A program made the position numbers and the translations under genes. Positions 9,434-19,395 of a stretch of 64,000 bases of DNA are shown one piece after another; within the stretch, counting starts at the first letter, position 1; the number at the start of each line of letters is the position of its first letter. Where the stretch lies: positions 62,001 through 126,000 of the IMG/VR virus record IMGVR_UViG_3300046660_000219, one strand, 5' to 3'. The notes beneath the pieces were generated by a model. The model ran no database searches. It was not told where the DNA came from and saw only the letters and a list, made by a program, of their open reading frames with translations.

Positions 9434-10219
9434 ATGTTCAAGCCGACTTTCGACGACGCTGATCAGTTTGATCCGGTGCTGGCGACTAGCTACGCGGTAG
9501 CTTTTCCCGATTTCCCTCTGTTGGGCTATCTAGCTGCTGACGCCGACCTACCCGGTTGGACGGTTGATCGCGTACGCGCTGAACTGTTTGGCCGTTCGCG
9601 AGAGTGGCCGGGGCGTTGTGTTTCGTCACATACGCTAACCATGACCATGCTATACGACGACCGTAGTCGTGCTTTCCGTTCTCTTTACAGTATGCTGCAA
9701 TCGGTCGTTGATAATAGTACTGGTAACCGCAGTGGCCAGCTATTCACGATCATTGTAGAGCAGTACGACAGCATGGGTTTGCTGGTACAACAGCGCTTGT
9801 TCGATGGGTGTTGGGTTGCAGATTTACGCGGTTATCAGGTATCGGCTAGTTCACGCGACACGGCGGTCATGATCCCGGTGGAATTTGGCTATACGCAGCA
9901 GTTCGTAACCTTTGGCGGAAAAGCTATATCCGCGCCACTGATTCCGACCAACGCCACTACTCTTTTGGGTTCTGATCCGCGTGACTTGCTGGAGACCTTC
10001 TCGCAATCGCTCCTCAACGTGCCTGACTCAATCGTCGATATTCTGCGTACAGGCTCTCAAGCTGTCGCTTATGGTAAGGCTATCCTAGGCGCTGCTAATC
10101 AGCTTAGCAGCGTAGCCAAAAACGTCGTGCAGCAAGCCAAGACAAATCCGATAGCCGCTGCAAAAAGTGCGTCGTCGTTGATCAAGCAAACCAAGTCTAC
10201 ACTCAAGTCCTTCTTCTAA
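9434..10219 (+). CDS. Tail tube-like paralog
   Basis: N-terminus KPTFDD resembles KATFDD of 8806 protein; EQYD, FDGCWV, VEFGY pattern. Confidence 0.65.
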   Translation: MFKPTFDDADQFDPVLATSYAVAFPDFPLLGYLAADADLPGWTVDRVRAELFGRSREWPGRCVSSHTLTMTMLYDDRSRAFRSLYSMLQSVVDNSTGNRSGQLFTIIVEQYDSMGLLVQQRLFDGCWVADLRGYQVSASSRDTAVMIPVEFGYTQQFVTFGGKAISAPLIPTNATTLLGSDPRDLLETFSQSLLNVPDSIVDILRTGSQAVAYGKAILGAANQLSSVAKNVVQQAKTNPIAAAKSASSLIKQTKSTLKSFF

Positions 10220-10237
10220 GCAGAAAGGGTATGGGAT

Positions 10238-10792
10238 ATGGCTATCTCGACCTATTTCAATCCCCTTGATCTCTACGCCTTGGCCGATCCTATGCCGTCC
10301 TGGCGGTGGAAGGCGAGGATCATTCCTAACGCATCGGAGGCTGCACAAAAAGTAGACTGGACTCGATTGATCTTCGAAGAAGTCAATCTGCCAAACGGTG
10401 ACAACATCCCCGCCAAGTCTACTTTCGTCAACGGCCACAACGTCTACTTCCCGGATTTTAGCGACGTGCCCTCTGTGAGTGTCACCATTTACGAGGACGA
10501 AAATGGTAGCGCTATTCGAGAATTACAGACGTGGCGCTCACTGGTCAAACGTCGCGTTGGTGCGTACAGTGTTTATGGTCTACCGTTCGAATATAAGCAA
10601 ACTATGCTTATCGATCTCTACGGCTTCGCGGACAACAAGAACCCTGTGCTGTCCAGTCAGGTTGTTGACTTGTGGCCTACCGATCCTGGCACGTGGCGGC
10701 TAGGTTACGACGCGTCTAATCGCCTGTTTCACCAGATTACCATGCAGTGCGATAGCATTATAACCGCTAATCGGGCTGGTGGTCCCGGCTAA
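10238..10792 (+). CDS. Tail tube-like/tube initiator (gp54-like)
   Basis: EEVNLP, SVTIYED, DLWPT pattern of gp19/gp54 fold. Confidence 0.65.
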   Translation: MAISTYFNPLDLYALADPMPSWRWKARIIPNASEAAQKVDWTRLIFEEVNLPNGDNIPAKSTFVNGHNVYFPDFSDVPSVSVTIYEDENGSAIRELQTWRSLVKRRVGAYSVYGLPFEYKQTMLIDLYGFADNKNPVLSSQVVDLWPTDPGTWRLGYDASNRLFHQITMQCDSIITANRAGGPG

Positions 10793-10838
10793 TTTATATG
10801 TAGCGCTGAAGGCGCTACTACTGTTTAAGGGACAAACT

Positions 10839-11942
10839 ATGAGCATCGATCAACCTAATGAGGGCGAAGACATTGTACTGCGTACGCGTACCATTACGCC
10901 ACCGCGCAGGAACCAACACGACGTTACCAGTACGCGTCCGGTAATCGCGGACTTGCCGGAAGATCCTGGCGAGCCGTCACTTGGTGTCGTTATGCCAAAG
11001 GGCGACGACATGGAGTTGGCGCATCCGCAATCGCAACTCGGCCCTGGCTGGCAAGTTATTGGTCTGCCATCAAAAGGTAAGGCTGGTTATCCCGGTGCTC
11101 TGCACATCCGTCGATTTGGTCTGCCTGATCAAGCGCGCTTAACGGCGGCGCGCAACAGCAAGAGCGTTGAGCTTTTGGTGGTTGCTATCGGCGCTACGAT
11201 CGACGTCGATCCTAAGAAACTCACTGTCTCTGATTTCGAACACGTGATGTACTGGCATCGTCAGTTCAGCTTCCCTGCCAACCTGCCGTACAAGATCACG
11301 TGGCGGTCGCGTTATGGTAAGCAAAATGTCACCGACATGTCGAAGACGAAGCTTACCATTACTGACATCGATGAGAATCCTGACTACGACACAGAAACGT
11401 TCAAGGCGCTGTACGACATGGGCTTTGATTTCCCTCGTGTCGGCGCGATGGTCTGGGAAGACAATCACCCAGATCTGACTGAAGAACAACGTGCTATCTT
11501 TGAACAGGCGTCTAACTTCGCGGGCGCGGCCGATCGCTTCAGCATTGAAGCTCGCATGGCCGCCATCAATCCCGAGAAGAGCGAGCCCGATCCTGAGCTG
11601 TTTACCATTTATTACAGCAACATCGGTGAATGGCTAGCCATGTCACGGCATGGAGTACAAGAAACCATTTCGTTGCGCTGCTCACAGTTCGATCCGGCTA
11701 CCGCTCTAGACGATCTGGCGGCCACGCTGCATCGCGCTGGAGCTGATTTGGAGCTTACGGCTTACGACGATGAAACCTCGACCTTCCTGCGTGGTGTCAT
11801 TGAAGAGATGGCGGCTATCCGCACGGCTGTGTCAGAGGAGAAAGAGGTGGTGGCTGTCGAGGAACGTATTACCGTTCCTATCGACATCCACATGTTCTTT
11901 CCCCGTATTGACCGAGTGGCAGCTCCTAAAAATGGTACGTGA
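10839..11942 (+). CDS. Putative tail/baseplate assembly chaperone
   Basis: Position between tube genes and tape-measure-like gene; SD aaggga before ATG 10839. Confidence 0.5.
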   Translation: MSIDQPNEGEDIVLRTRTITPPRRNQHDVTSTRPVIADLPEDPGEPSLGVVMPKGDDMELAHPQSQLGPGWQVIGLPSKGKAGYPGALHIRRFGLPDQARLTAARNSKSVELLVVAIGATIDVDPKKLTVSDFEHVMYWHRQFSFPANLPYKITWRSRYGKQNVTDMSKTKLTITDIDENPDYDTETFKALYDMGFDFPRVGAMVWEDNHPDLTEEQRAIFEQASNFAGAADRFSIEARMAAINPEKSEPDPELFTIYYSNIGEWLAMSRHGVQETISLRCSQFDPATALDDLAATLHRAGADLELTAYDDETSTFLRGVIEEMAAIRTAVSEEKEVVAVEERITVPIDIHMFFPRIDRVAAPKNGT

Positions 11943-12063
11943 GATACCGGTGACGGGCGTGACCATGGACATCAACAGTGTGCCCATGGTCTACATCATC
12001 GATGCGTACCAACAGGAACAGCGTAGGCGTACCCAGTCTGAGCTGGAGTCTGCTGTTCGGTAG
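11932..12063 (+). CDS. Small protein overlapping end of chaperone gene
   Basis: 43 codons filling the gap before 12083. Confidence 0.4.
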   Translation: MVREIPVTGVTMDINSVPMVYIIDAYQQEQRRRTQSELESAVR

Positions 12064-12082
12064 TGTTTCGTGAGGTGAAGTA

Positions 12083-14326
12083 ATGGCCCTGGTAGCTTCA
12101 GGCACGTACGGTCCGCCTAAGCCGCAATATAGATACGCTACGAAGATTTCGGGCTTCCATTCGGAACGGCTTATGGGCGGCCGCTCTCCCGGTAGCGCTA
12201 TGGATCGTCTGGCGCAACGTACCGTTACTAAACCTCTGCCTAGTAAAGATCCACGCGCCGCTAACCCGGTAGATCCTAGGGTGATGTCTGCGATTTCGCA
12301 GATGGCTAAGAATGGTACACGAGCCAACGATAGCGCCAAGGAGGCGGTGACGCAAGATCGTCTGCAATTCCTGACCAGTGAGCGTCGCGCCGATCGCGAA
12401 CGTCTCACTAACACGATGACTAATCGTAAGGTTCTGGAACTCCTTGATCGGATCAACGACAGTATCAAGACCAGTGCTGGTCGCAACAGTGGCGGTCTAC
12501 TGGACTCCGCGCTGGATTTGATCGGTATTGGTGGTCGTGGTCGAGGCAAATATCGCAATCGGGCCGGGCGCTTCATTAAACGTCCCGGTACCTTTTTTGG
12601 TCGTGTTGGCGCTAAGCTAGGTTTACGCGGCGCTGCCACAGAAGCTGAAGCCGTGGCCGGTACTGTCGCTCGCACTGGACGGGCTGGTGGCCTGTTAGGC
12701 AAGCTCTTCGGCGGCGTAGCCGGGCGTGGTGCACTCAAAGTTCTCGGCTTTGGTGGTCGCCTCGCTGGTAAGCTAGCATTACCGGTCGCGGCTGGTTTGG
12801 CTCTAGCTGACGGCGTGAATGGCGTGCGCCACTCGGATGAACTGTTAGGTCGCAAATCTACCAATTTGGACAAGATCGGCGTAGGCGTAACTGAAGCCGT
12901 CAACGGCGCGCTGTTTGGCTTGCCTGATCTGATCAGTAAAAAGGTATTCGGTGTCGGGTTCTCGCGCGGCATCAACGCCTTGCTTTCTGACATTGGCGGC
13001 AACACTCGCAAAGCTATTGCTTTCGGTGCAGCAGGAATGAGTAAACTCTTCAGTTCTGCTTCTCAATCCATCGTGCAATGGTTCAGCAACGTACAGGGCT
13101 CAGTTGACGCCATAATAGACGCGGTAAACCGGCGTGACTGGGGCAAGGTTCCTGGCCTTATCGGTAAGGTTCTGAAATACACCACACCCCTCGGAATAGC
13201 GATCACGGCTGGTAAAGCGGCGGTCAACGAGGTGGAAAAGGTCGCACCGGGAACCAAGGAAGCGGTGCGTACGGTTGCTACCAATGTCGCTACCGCAGCC
13301 GGTAACGCCGCATCGAATGTCGCTGGCTGGTTTGGCCTTGGCAGCACCTCGCGCAAGTACGAGAGCGGACGGGGTGGTGCTGGTACCGTTTCTTCCGGTC
13401 GTGGTGATCCGGGTGGTGCTAGTTACGGCACGTATCAGTTGGCCAGCAAGACCGGAACACTGGCGTCATTCCTTAAGTCTAGTGGCTATGACAAACAGTT
13501 CATGGGTTTAAAAGCTGGCACTAAAGAGTTCAATGATAAATGGAAAGAGATTGCCCGCACCGATCCTAAGTTCGGTGAAGCGCAGCATGACTTCATCAAG
13601 CGCACGCACTACGACCCGGCCGCCCGTTATGCTCAGTCGTTGGGTTTCGACATCAACGATAAAGGTATAGCGGACGCCATTTGGAGTGCTTCGGTACAGC
13701 ACGGCGGCGTCAAAACGATCCTGCGTAAAGCGGCTGCGTCCCCTGGCTGGAACAGCCTCGACAACAAAGGTAAAATCAAGCGTCTATACGAAGTCCGCAC
13801 TGAGTACGCCCGCAACATCTTGGTTAAGAACGGTGCGTCATCAGAGCAAATCTCTAGTGTGCAGAAACGCTATACTAGAGAAGTGAACGACGCTCTTGCC
13901 TTGTCGTCGGACCCTGGCTCTGTGCAACTAGCTGGCGGCAAGCCAGTAGGCCAAGCAATCGCGGTCTCGCAAACCATGGCGCAAGCGAAAGCTACGCCGG
14001 GATCGGTAGCTACTACGCAAGCAACGATTACGGCTGATGCGAACAAGGTTAGTGCGCTAGGTACACAACGTGGTTCGCGTACTGTTTCTACCGAAGCGTT
14101 AATGCCGCCTATGCCGCCACCGAAGAAACCGGAGCCCCCGCCTCCGCCGGTGATCGTGCAACAGGTTGCGCCTGACAAAGGTAGAAACAACGCTGCTAAG
14201 GTGGCTACAAATGCCGCTGCTCCGCAGCCTTCTACGAGCGGGCAATTGCCACCTTTAGCGTCTATCCCGACCGTACCTAGTCTTGAACTACTGGCCATTG
14301 CGTCTCTAGCCTACCATCCTGCGTAA
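12083..14326 (+). CDS. Tape-measure-like tail protein with lysozyme-like domain
   Basis: Gly/Ala-rich helical region then SRKYESG...GDPGGASYGTYQL peptidoglycan hydrolase motif. Confidence 0.7.
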   Translation: MALVASGTYGPPKPQYRYATKISGFHSERLMGGRSPGSAMDRLAQRTVTKPLPSKDPRAANPVDPRVMSAISQMAKNGTRANDSAKEAVTQDRLQFLTSERRADRERLTNTMTNRKVLELLDRINDSIKTSAGRNSGGLLDSALDLIGIGGRGRGKYRNRAGRFIKRPGTFFGRVGAKLGLRGAATEAEAVAGTVARTGRAGGLLGKLFGGVAGRGALKVLGFGGRLAGKLALPVAAGLALADGVNGVRHSDELLGRKSTNLDKIGVGVTEAVNGALFGLPDLISKKVFGVGFSRGINALLSDIGGNTRKAIAFGAAGMSKLFSSASQSIVQWFSNVQGSVDAIIDAVNRRDWGKVPGLIGKVLKYTTPLGIAITAGKAAVNEVEKVAPGTKEAVRTVATNVATAAGNAASNVAGWFGLGSTSRKYESGRGGAGTVSSGRGDPGGASYGTYQLASKTGTLASFLKSSGYDKQFMGLKAGTKEFNDKWKEIARTDPKFGEAQHDFIKRTHYDPAARYAQSLGFDINDKGIADAIWSASVQHGGVKTILRKAAASPGWNSLDNKGKIKRLYEVRTEYARNILVKNGASSEQISSVQKRYTREVNDALALSSDPGSVQLAGGKPVGQAIAVSQTMAQAKATPGSVATTQATITADANKVSALGTQRGSRTVSTEALMPPMPPPKKPEPPPPPVIVQQVAPDKGRNNAAKVATNAAAPQPSTSGQLPPLASIPTVPSLELLAIASLAYHPA

Positions 14327-14337
14327 AAGGTAATCCA

Positions 14338-15093
14338 ATGGTTGATACACCGCAGTCGCCTAGCATTTATCAGTACATGCTCTCCGTGCCTAACAAGGTT
14401 TCGGTGATTGGCAACTTGCCCCAAGAGTGGGCTCTTGGTGTGACGGCCAATTGGGAAGGAAATAGTACCGGCACGACGATAGGCGAGATCGCGCAATCGC
14501 GATTTGGTTCTGTAGGCGCTGCTGTAACAGCGGCGTCCGGTACGTCTTCGGTGGGGTCTGACCTGTTGGCTAATCGCCAATGGGCCGGTACCTCACCGAT
14601 TACCTTTAATCTGTTGGCTGAATTCAACGCTGTAGAAGACGCGGCCAAGGATGTGATGTCGCCTATCTTGCGCCTGATGTCCCTGTGCATGCCGACGCAA
14701 TTGGTAGCGCTAGAGGCTGGCAAGTTCAGTCTCGGCAACATCTACGGCGCGCCATACTTCGACACGGCGGCTAGCGGACAGCTCGGCGGGCGTTCGCAGA
14801 TAGAATTGCACTTGGGTTCGCTATTTGTGTTCGAAGACGTGGTGGTGGAAAACGTCACGCCTACCTATACGACGCGAAACACAGAGACCGGTTTACCTAT
14901 CCACGCGCAAGTGGAAATTCAAGTTGGTACGCGCCACCTGTTCACTTTTGAAGACCTTCTAGCATCCATCGTAAATCCCGCGATCATCGATGCTGATCCG
15001 TACCTTTCTTCCGCAAAATCTGCTGGCTCTGGTTCAAGGGCGGGGTTCGGTATCTCAGGGGCGAAAGAGACCAAGCCTGTCAGTAACGGTTAG
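14338..15093 (+). CDS. Baseplate/tube-cap-like protein (gp48-like)
   Basis: Synteny; tube-like beta pattern (FEDVVVENVTPTY). Confidence 0.5.
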   Translation: MVDTPQSPSIYQYMLSVPNKVSVIGNLPQEWALGVTANWEGNSTGTTIGEIAQSRFGSVGAAVTAASGTSSVGSDLLANRQWAGTSPITFNLLAEFNAVEDAAKDVMSPILRLMSLCMPTQLVALEAGKFSLGNIYGAPYFDTAASGQLGGRSQIELHLGSLFVFEDVVVENVTPTYTTRNTETGLPIHAQVEIQVGTRHLFTFEDLLASIVNPAIIDADPYLSSAKSAGSGSRAGFGISGAKETKPVSNG

Positions 15094-15110
15094 TGTTTAA
15101 GGAGTATGGC

Positions 15111-15482
15111 ATGGCTGTTCTAACGCAACAGGACATTGCGTCCACGACGACTACGCAAGCTAACGCCTGCCGGGTCGCGGTCTTCCCAGAAATTGTATAT
15201 GAAGACGGTGAGCTGGTGCTGGATTTCATGGACAGTACTACTATTAGACTGATCCACGATTTACCAGTACTAACCGCCATTGAGTGGCGCAAGGGTCTAT
15301 CGCTACCGGCCGTCTCCCTCGACTTCTACAACACCATTTCGTGGGCATGGATTCTGCTGCTATACAACGGTTTCACGCATCCGTCCAACATCCCAGCCGG
15401 GGCTACCGTAAACCTGCCTGACGTGACGTCGCTGCGTAAGCGTGCCCGTCGAGATAAGAACGGTAGTGTCGTGACGATCTAG
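15111..15482 (+). CDS. Baseplate wedge protein (gp53/LysM-like)
   Basis: YNTISWAWILLLYNG...IPAGATVNLP. Confidence 0.7.
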   Translation: MAVLTQQDIASTTTTQANACRVAVFPEIVYEDGELVLDFMDSTTIRLIHDLPVLTAIEWRKGLSLPAVSLDFYNTISWAWILLLYNGFTHPSNIPAGATVNLPDVTSLRKRARRDKNGSVVTI

Positions 15483-15492
15483 GAGGCCGTCT

Positions 15493-16662
15493 ATGGCCAA
15501 CATTGAAGGCAAGGCTCACGTCTACATCAGCTTTGATGGTCGCGACCCTAACGTCACGTCGCCGCAAGGGGTTGAATACCTCTGGGCCATCGAAAATAGT
15601 ATGTTGATCGCCCCGGTCTTGATGCTATCGCTCTACGACGATGGTGTGATCACTAACCCGTCACCCGGTGATGGTTCGCTGATTGAAGTGCAGCTCGGTA
15701 AGCAAGCAGACCGACTCAACAGTTATCGTTTCCGCATGATTGGCGCGCCGTACGCTGCGCTCGCCGCTAACGGTAAAACAGTAATCCGCTACAACGCGGT
15801 TTTCGACTCCCCTCGCTTGTTTCACGAGACGGCTAACTTCGCACTCAAGGCTTCTAGTAGTGACGTCGTCAGCGCCGTTGCTAGCGAGTTAGGCCTGACT
15901 GCGGACGTTGACTCGTCGATTAGCGATAAAATGATATGGCATAGCGGCATTGGTCGCTGGAGCGCTTTCCTTGAGCGTGTAGCTTCGCGTGGCTGGTTTG
16001 GGGATGACAGCGCCGCTACCAATGCCGCTATTGGCCTAGACGGTGTGCTGCGCTACTACAGTCTTGCCCGTCTAGCTAAGGCTCCTGTAGCACATACCTT
16101 TTATCATATGACGCCGCTGCCCGAAGCCGGCTCTACGGAAGCGGAAAACGCGCATCTGGTCTACGCTCTGGATCGCGACGATAGTGTTGCGTTGACCACG
16201 GCGCAAACTGGATACACCGCCACTACCCGTTACTTCGATCGCAGCGGCGCTATCGTGACACACGACAGCGTCAACGTTACTCGCCAAACCAATCAACTGA
16301 ACATGAGTGCGGAACTGCGCGACGCTATCGATATTGGTACGCAGCGCATCCGTCCGTCAGCGTCGCCGAACACTCATGAGAACTGGGATCGTGCGTTGTA
16401 TCAAAACACGCGCTATCGCTCCACATACAACGCTGCAATCAACGTGCTACTGCTAGATACCACGCAGGATCTTACCCTTTATACACCTTGTGCGCTGCGC
16501 TCGACGTTCTTCGCTACCGGTGCGCAAGACGACGCGTTACGCGCCGTACGTGGCCTAGTCAAAGCGCGCTCGGTTGGTATCTGGAACATGAACTACATGG
16601 AAAAGGTATCGATTGGGGTGCAAGGCCTCGATGCTAACGATCCGACCAGTGCACAGATGTAA
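15493..16662 (+). CDS. Baseplate hub protein (gp27-like)
   Basis: 389 aa, between gp53-like and spike genes. Confidence 0.6.
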   Translation: MANIEGKAHVYISFDGRDPNVTSPQGVEYLWAIENSMLIAPVLMLSLYDDGVITNPSPGDGSLIEVQLGKQADRLNSYRFRMIGAPYAALAANGKTVIRYNAVFDSPRLFHETANFALKASSSDVVSAVASELGLTADVDSSISDKMIWHSGIGRWSAFLERVASRGWFGDDSAATNAAIGLDGVLRYYSLARLAKAPVAHTFYHMTPLPEAGSTEAENAHLVYALDRDDSVALTTAQTGYTATTRYFDRSGAIVTHDSVNVTRQTNQLNMSAELRDAIDIGTQRIRPSASPNTHENWDRALYQNTRYRSTYNAAINVLLLDTTQDLTLYTPCALRSTFFATGAQDDALRAVRGLVKARSVGIWNMNYMEKVSIGVQGLDANDPTSAQM

Positions 16663-16674
16663 GGATAACCACCC

Positions 16675-17307
16675 ATGCAGGACTTCGAAGGGCAACGTTC
16701 TGCGCTGCGTACACCACCGATCAACTTCGTTGAAGGCGTAGTTGTTCAGGGTGATGAAGACTTGAGCCCGATCTACGCTAAGGTGCGTTTGCCTGGTTAC
16801 CACACCAAGGTAGACGACGCTGATTTGCCTGTATACCGTTTGTTGTTACCCGTCTTCGGAACAGGTCACAATGTAACAAATGGCTCGCAAATCTTCGCCA
16901 AATTAGCGCCCGGCACTCGTGTTGAGGTGCTGTTGCGAGATGAGACCGGTTACGTTGGCTCGATCTTTGGTGTTTACCCCAACGAGTCTAACGCCGCGCG
17001 CCCTGATGGGCTTGTGCACGGTTGGCGTGATAGTATTGGTAACGCGGTAGAGTTCTACGCTGACGGGCGCACAGTGTTTCAGGACAAAGCTGGAGTGAAG
17101 GTCGAGACGGACGGCGCTGGCAAGATTACTATTAACGCTACAGCGTTCGAGTTGAACACTCAGACCACGACGATCAACACCGTAAACTATGTGCTCAACT
17201 CGGAGACCATGGTGTGCGATGACACTAGCGCACCAGAAGCTCCTGAATTGACTCCGCGTGAAGTCGAACCTCCGCCGGAAACTTCCGATCTGAAGGATAA
17301 ATGGTAG
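16675..17307 (+). CDS. Baseplate central spike (gp5/gpV-like)
   Basis: OB-fold start (GVVVQGDED, AKVRLPG) and beta-helix-like repeats. Confidence 0.7.
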   Translation: MQDFEGQRSALRTPPINFVEGVVVQGDEDLSPIYAKVRLPGYHTKVDDADLPVYRLLLPVFGTGHNVTNGSQIFAKLAPGTRVEVLLRDETGYVGSIFGVYPNESNAARPDGLVHGWRDSIGNAVEFYADGRTVFQDKAGVKVETDGAGKITINATAFELNTQTTTINTVNYVLNSETMVCDDTSAPEAPELTPREVEPPPETSDLKDKW

Positions 17308-17760
17308 ATGGCCGACATTCCCTTCGTCATCGCGCCGCGCTCTGACAGCATGCCGTCCGATGCGCAACTAGGTCGCGTGTACACGCTTACCTATGTTGAT
17401 GTTAATGCGTCGTTGTCGTCTACCAATCCCGCCAAGTTGCTGTTAACGGATGTTGACGCAATCGAAGAGCAAATGCTCAACGTCGTACTGACGCCACTAA
17501 GTTCTGATGAGTTTGAGCCTCTATATGGTACGCAAGTGCCGTTGCTGCTGTTTGATCCGGTAACCAACACCACGGCGCGCGCTCTTCGTTCTACTATTAT
17601 CAATGGCCTCAAGCGCTGGATGGGCAATCGAATCAGTGACCTGTCTGTGTTTGTCGTGGCTAATGACGATCTACAAAGCTACACCGCGACTTTCACCTAC
17701 TTCGTTCCAGGTCTTAGTCGTTCACGTGTTGGCTTCCGTGCTCTGCTTATTAAAAGGTAA
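17308..17760 (+). CDS. Baseplate wedge gp25-like
   Basis: NVVLTPLSSDEFEPLYGTQVPLLLFDP. Confidence 0.8.
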   Translation: MADIPFVIAPRSDSMPSDAQLGRVYTLTYVDVNASLSSTNPAKLLLTDVDAIEEQMLNVVLTPLSSDEFEPLYGTQVPLLLFDPVTNTTARALRSTIINGLKRWMGNRISDLSVFVVANDDLQSYTATFTYFVPGLSRSRVGFRALLIKR

Positions 17761-17766
17761 CAGTCC

Positions 17767-19377
17767 ATGACCACTGCTTCTGAGAAGCTTAGCACGTTGG
17801 TTGATGCGTTGATCGCCACAGCCACCAACGCGGGCGTCACCTTTACCGACACGCAACGTACTGCGCTGTATGACTCGGCGGCGTCCTGGTTGGACGGTCA
17901 AGATACTGTTTCTATCCAGTTGGCCGCCAACAAGCCGGAGTTTCAGCAACTCCTCATGCAAATGCAGTACGCACTGGAGACCAGCGATTCTTGGCGCGAC
18001 GCCAATACTGCGTCCACCGGACGTACCTTTTTGCGTTTTATGGCCGCTTCCATCAAGTGGGCTGGGTTTGCAGCGGAGCGTACGGCGCAAGAGCGCTTCC
18101 CGTACACCGCTCGTATGCCTAGCGCCATCCTGGCAAGCACTATGTCGCTTGGCGTGCGCATCACGCGCCGTGTTCCGGCTAACGTCACTGGCACGATCAT
18201 CCGCAACGGTACGGGCTTCCTACAGATCCCAAAATACACCGCCTTCGTGATCAATGATCAGCGGTTCTTCAATCGCGACATTATCATTTTTCCTGATGGT
18301 GATGCATCAGCGGTTTCTATTACTCTTTATCAAGGTACGATCTTCAAGGACAACTACACGGCTTCCGGCGCTACGTTCTCGCGTTATGAGCTGGGCTCTG
18401 GTGACTGGTCACTGTCTGAGGATGATGTAGCATTGACGGTTGACGGCGTTGAGTGGAAGCGCACTACAAACGGTATGTACACTGTCGCACCAACAGACCG
18501 TACCTTCGCTGAGCGTACGCTGCCTAATGGTAACATTGAGACGCAGACGGGTTCCGGTACGTATGGTGTGCTTCCCAGCACTGGTGCGGTTCTGGAATTC
18601 ACCTATGTCTCTACGCTGGGAGCGCAAGCCTCCAACAACGCTACCGATTTGCCAATCAATTGCGCGGACATTGGCGGTGTCACCGGTGTGACCACTAGTG
18701 TGATCACGGGCGGTATCGATCCGGAGACGCCTACCTTTTACAAGAACAACGGCCCGGCTATCGCCGCTCGCCGCGAGCGTGCAGTGCGGCGCTCTGACTA
18801 TGAGGCTACGGCCTTGGAGTACAAGGGCGGCGTAAAGATACTAGATGCGCGGTTCCTTGGTCAGCAAGAAGTCGATCCTACCCGCAAGGCGCTCACCAAT
18901 ATTGTACAGGTAGCGCTACTGACGCCAAACTCGCTAACAGGTCCACCGGTTAGCGCGTCGCAGTGGGCCAACTTCCAACGCTACATCGTGCAAAATGGTA
19001 TCGATCGCGTCACTTTGGTGCGGGTTGATCCTACAGCCGTAGACATCAGCTTCGACCTAGACGTCGGCGTGATCCCTGAGAGCAATCTAGAGACGATCGA
19101 GAGCGCCTTGATAACTCTTTACCGTTCTTTTTACGGCCCTCGCTATGGCGCTCTAGGTCGCGCGTTCTACAGTCAAGACTTGATGTCGTTGATCCGTGAC
19201 AAAGACTTCTTTGACCAGACCATTGCTGCCCAAATCAACTACGTCAAACCCATTGGTGCAACACCTGACGCCGTGGAAATCGATCGTCTTGAATGGCTGC
19301 GTCTGCAAAGCCTCAACCTGAATGTCTTCTACACTAACCGCGACTACTCCAGCCGCGAAACCGGGCTGTCTGGGTAG
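17767..19377 (+). CDS. Baseplate wedge gp6/J-like
   Basis: RRERAVRRSDYE motif, size and synteny. Confidence 0.8.
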   Translation: MTTASEKLSTLVDALIATATNAGVTFTDTQRTALYDSAASWLDGQDTVSIQLAANKPEFQQLLMQMQYALETSDSWRDANTASTGRTFLRFMAASIKWAGFAAERTAQERFPYTARMPSAILASTMSLGVRITRRVPANVTGTIIRNGTGFLQIPKYTAFVINDQRFFNRDIIIFPDGDASAVSITLYQGTIFKDNYTASGATFSRYELGSGDWSLSEDDVALTVDGVEWKRTTNGMYTVAPTDRTFAERTLPNGNIETQTGSGTYGVLPSTGAVLEFTYVSTLGAQASNNATDLPINCADIGGVTGVTTSVITGGIDPETPTFYKNNGPAIAARRERAVRRSDYEATALEYKGGVKILDARFLGQQEVDPTRKALTNIVQVALLTPNSLTGPPVSASQWANFQRYIVQNGIDRVTLVRVDPTAVDISFDLDVGVIPESNLETIESALITLYRSFYGPRYGALGRAFYSQDLMSLIRDKDFFDQTIAAQINYVKPIGATPDAVEIDRLEWLRLQSLNLNVFYTNRDYSSRETGLSG

Positions 19378-19395
19378 CAAGAAAGGTAACGCCAC

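Noticed and set aside
11915-11942. Classical -1 tail-chaperone frameshift
   Set aside because: The -1 frame reads TAA immediately and there is no XXXYYYZ heptamer
1073-13011. Long antisense ORFs (1073-2167, 1231-1950, 11926-13011 and similar)
   Set aside because: Shadows of codon-biased or low-complexity sense genes; no RBS and no recognisable motifs
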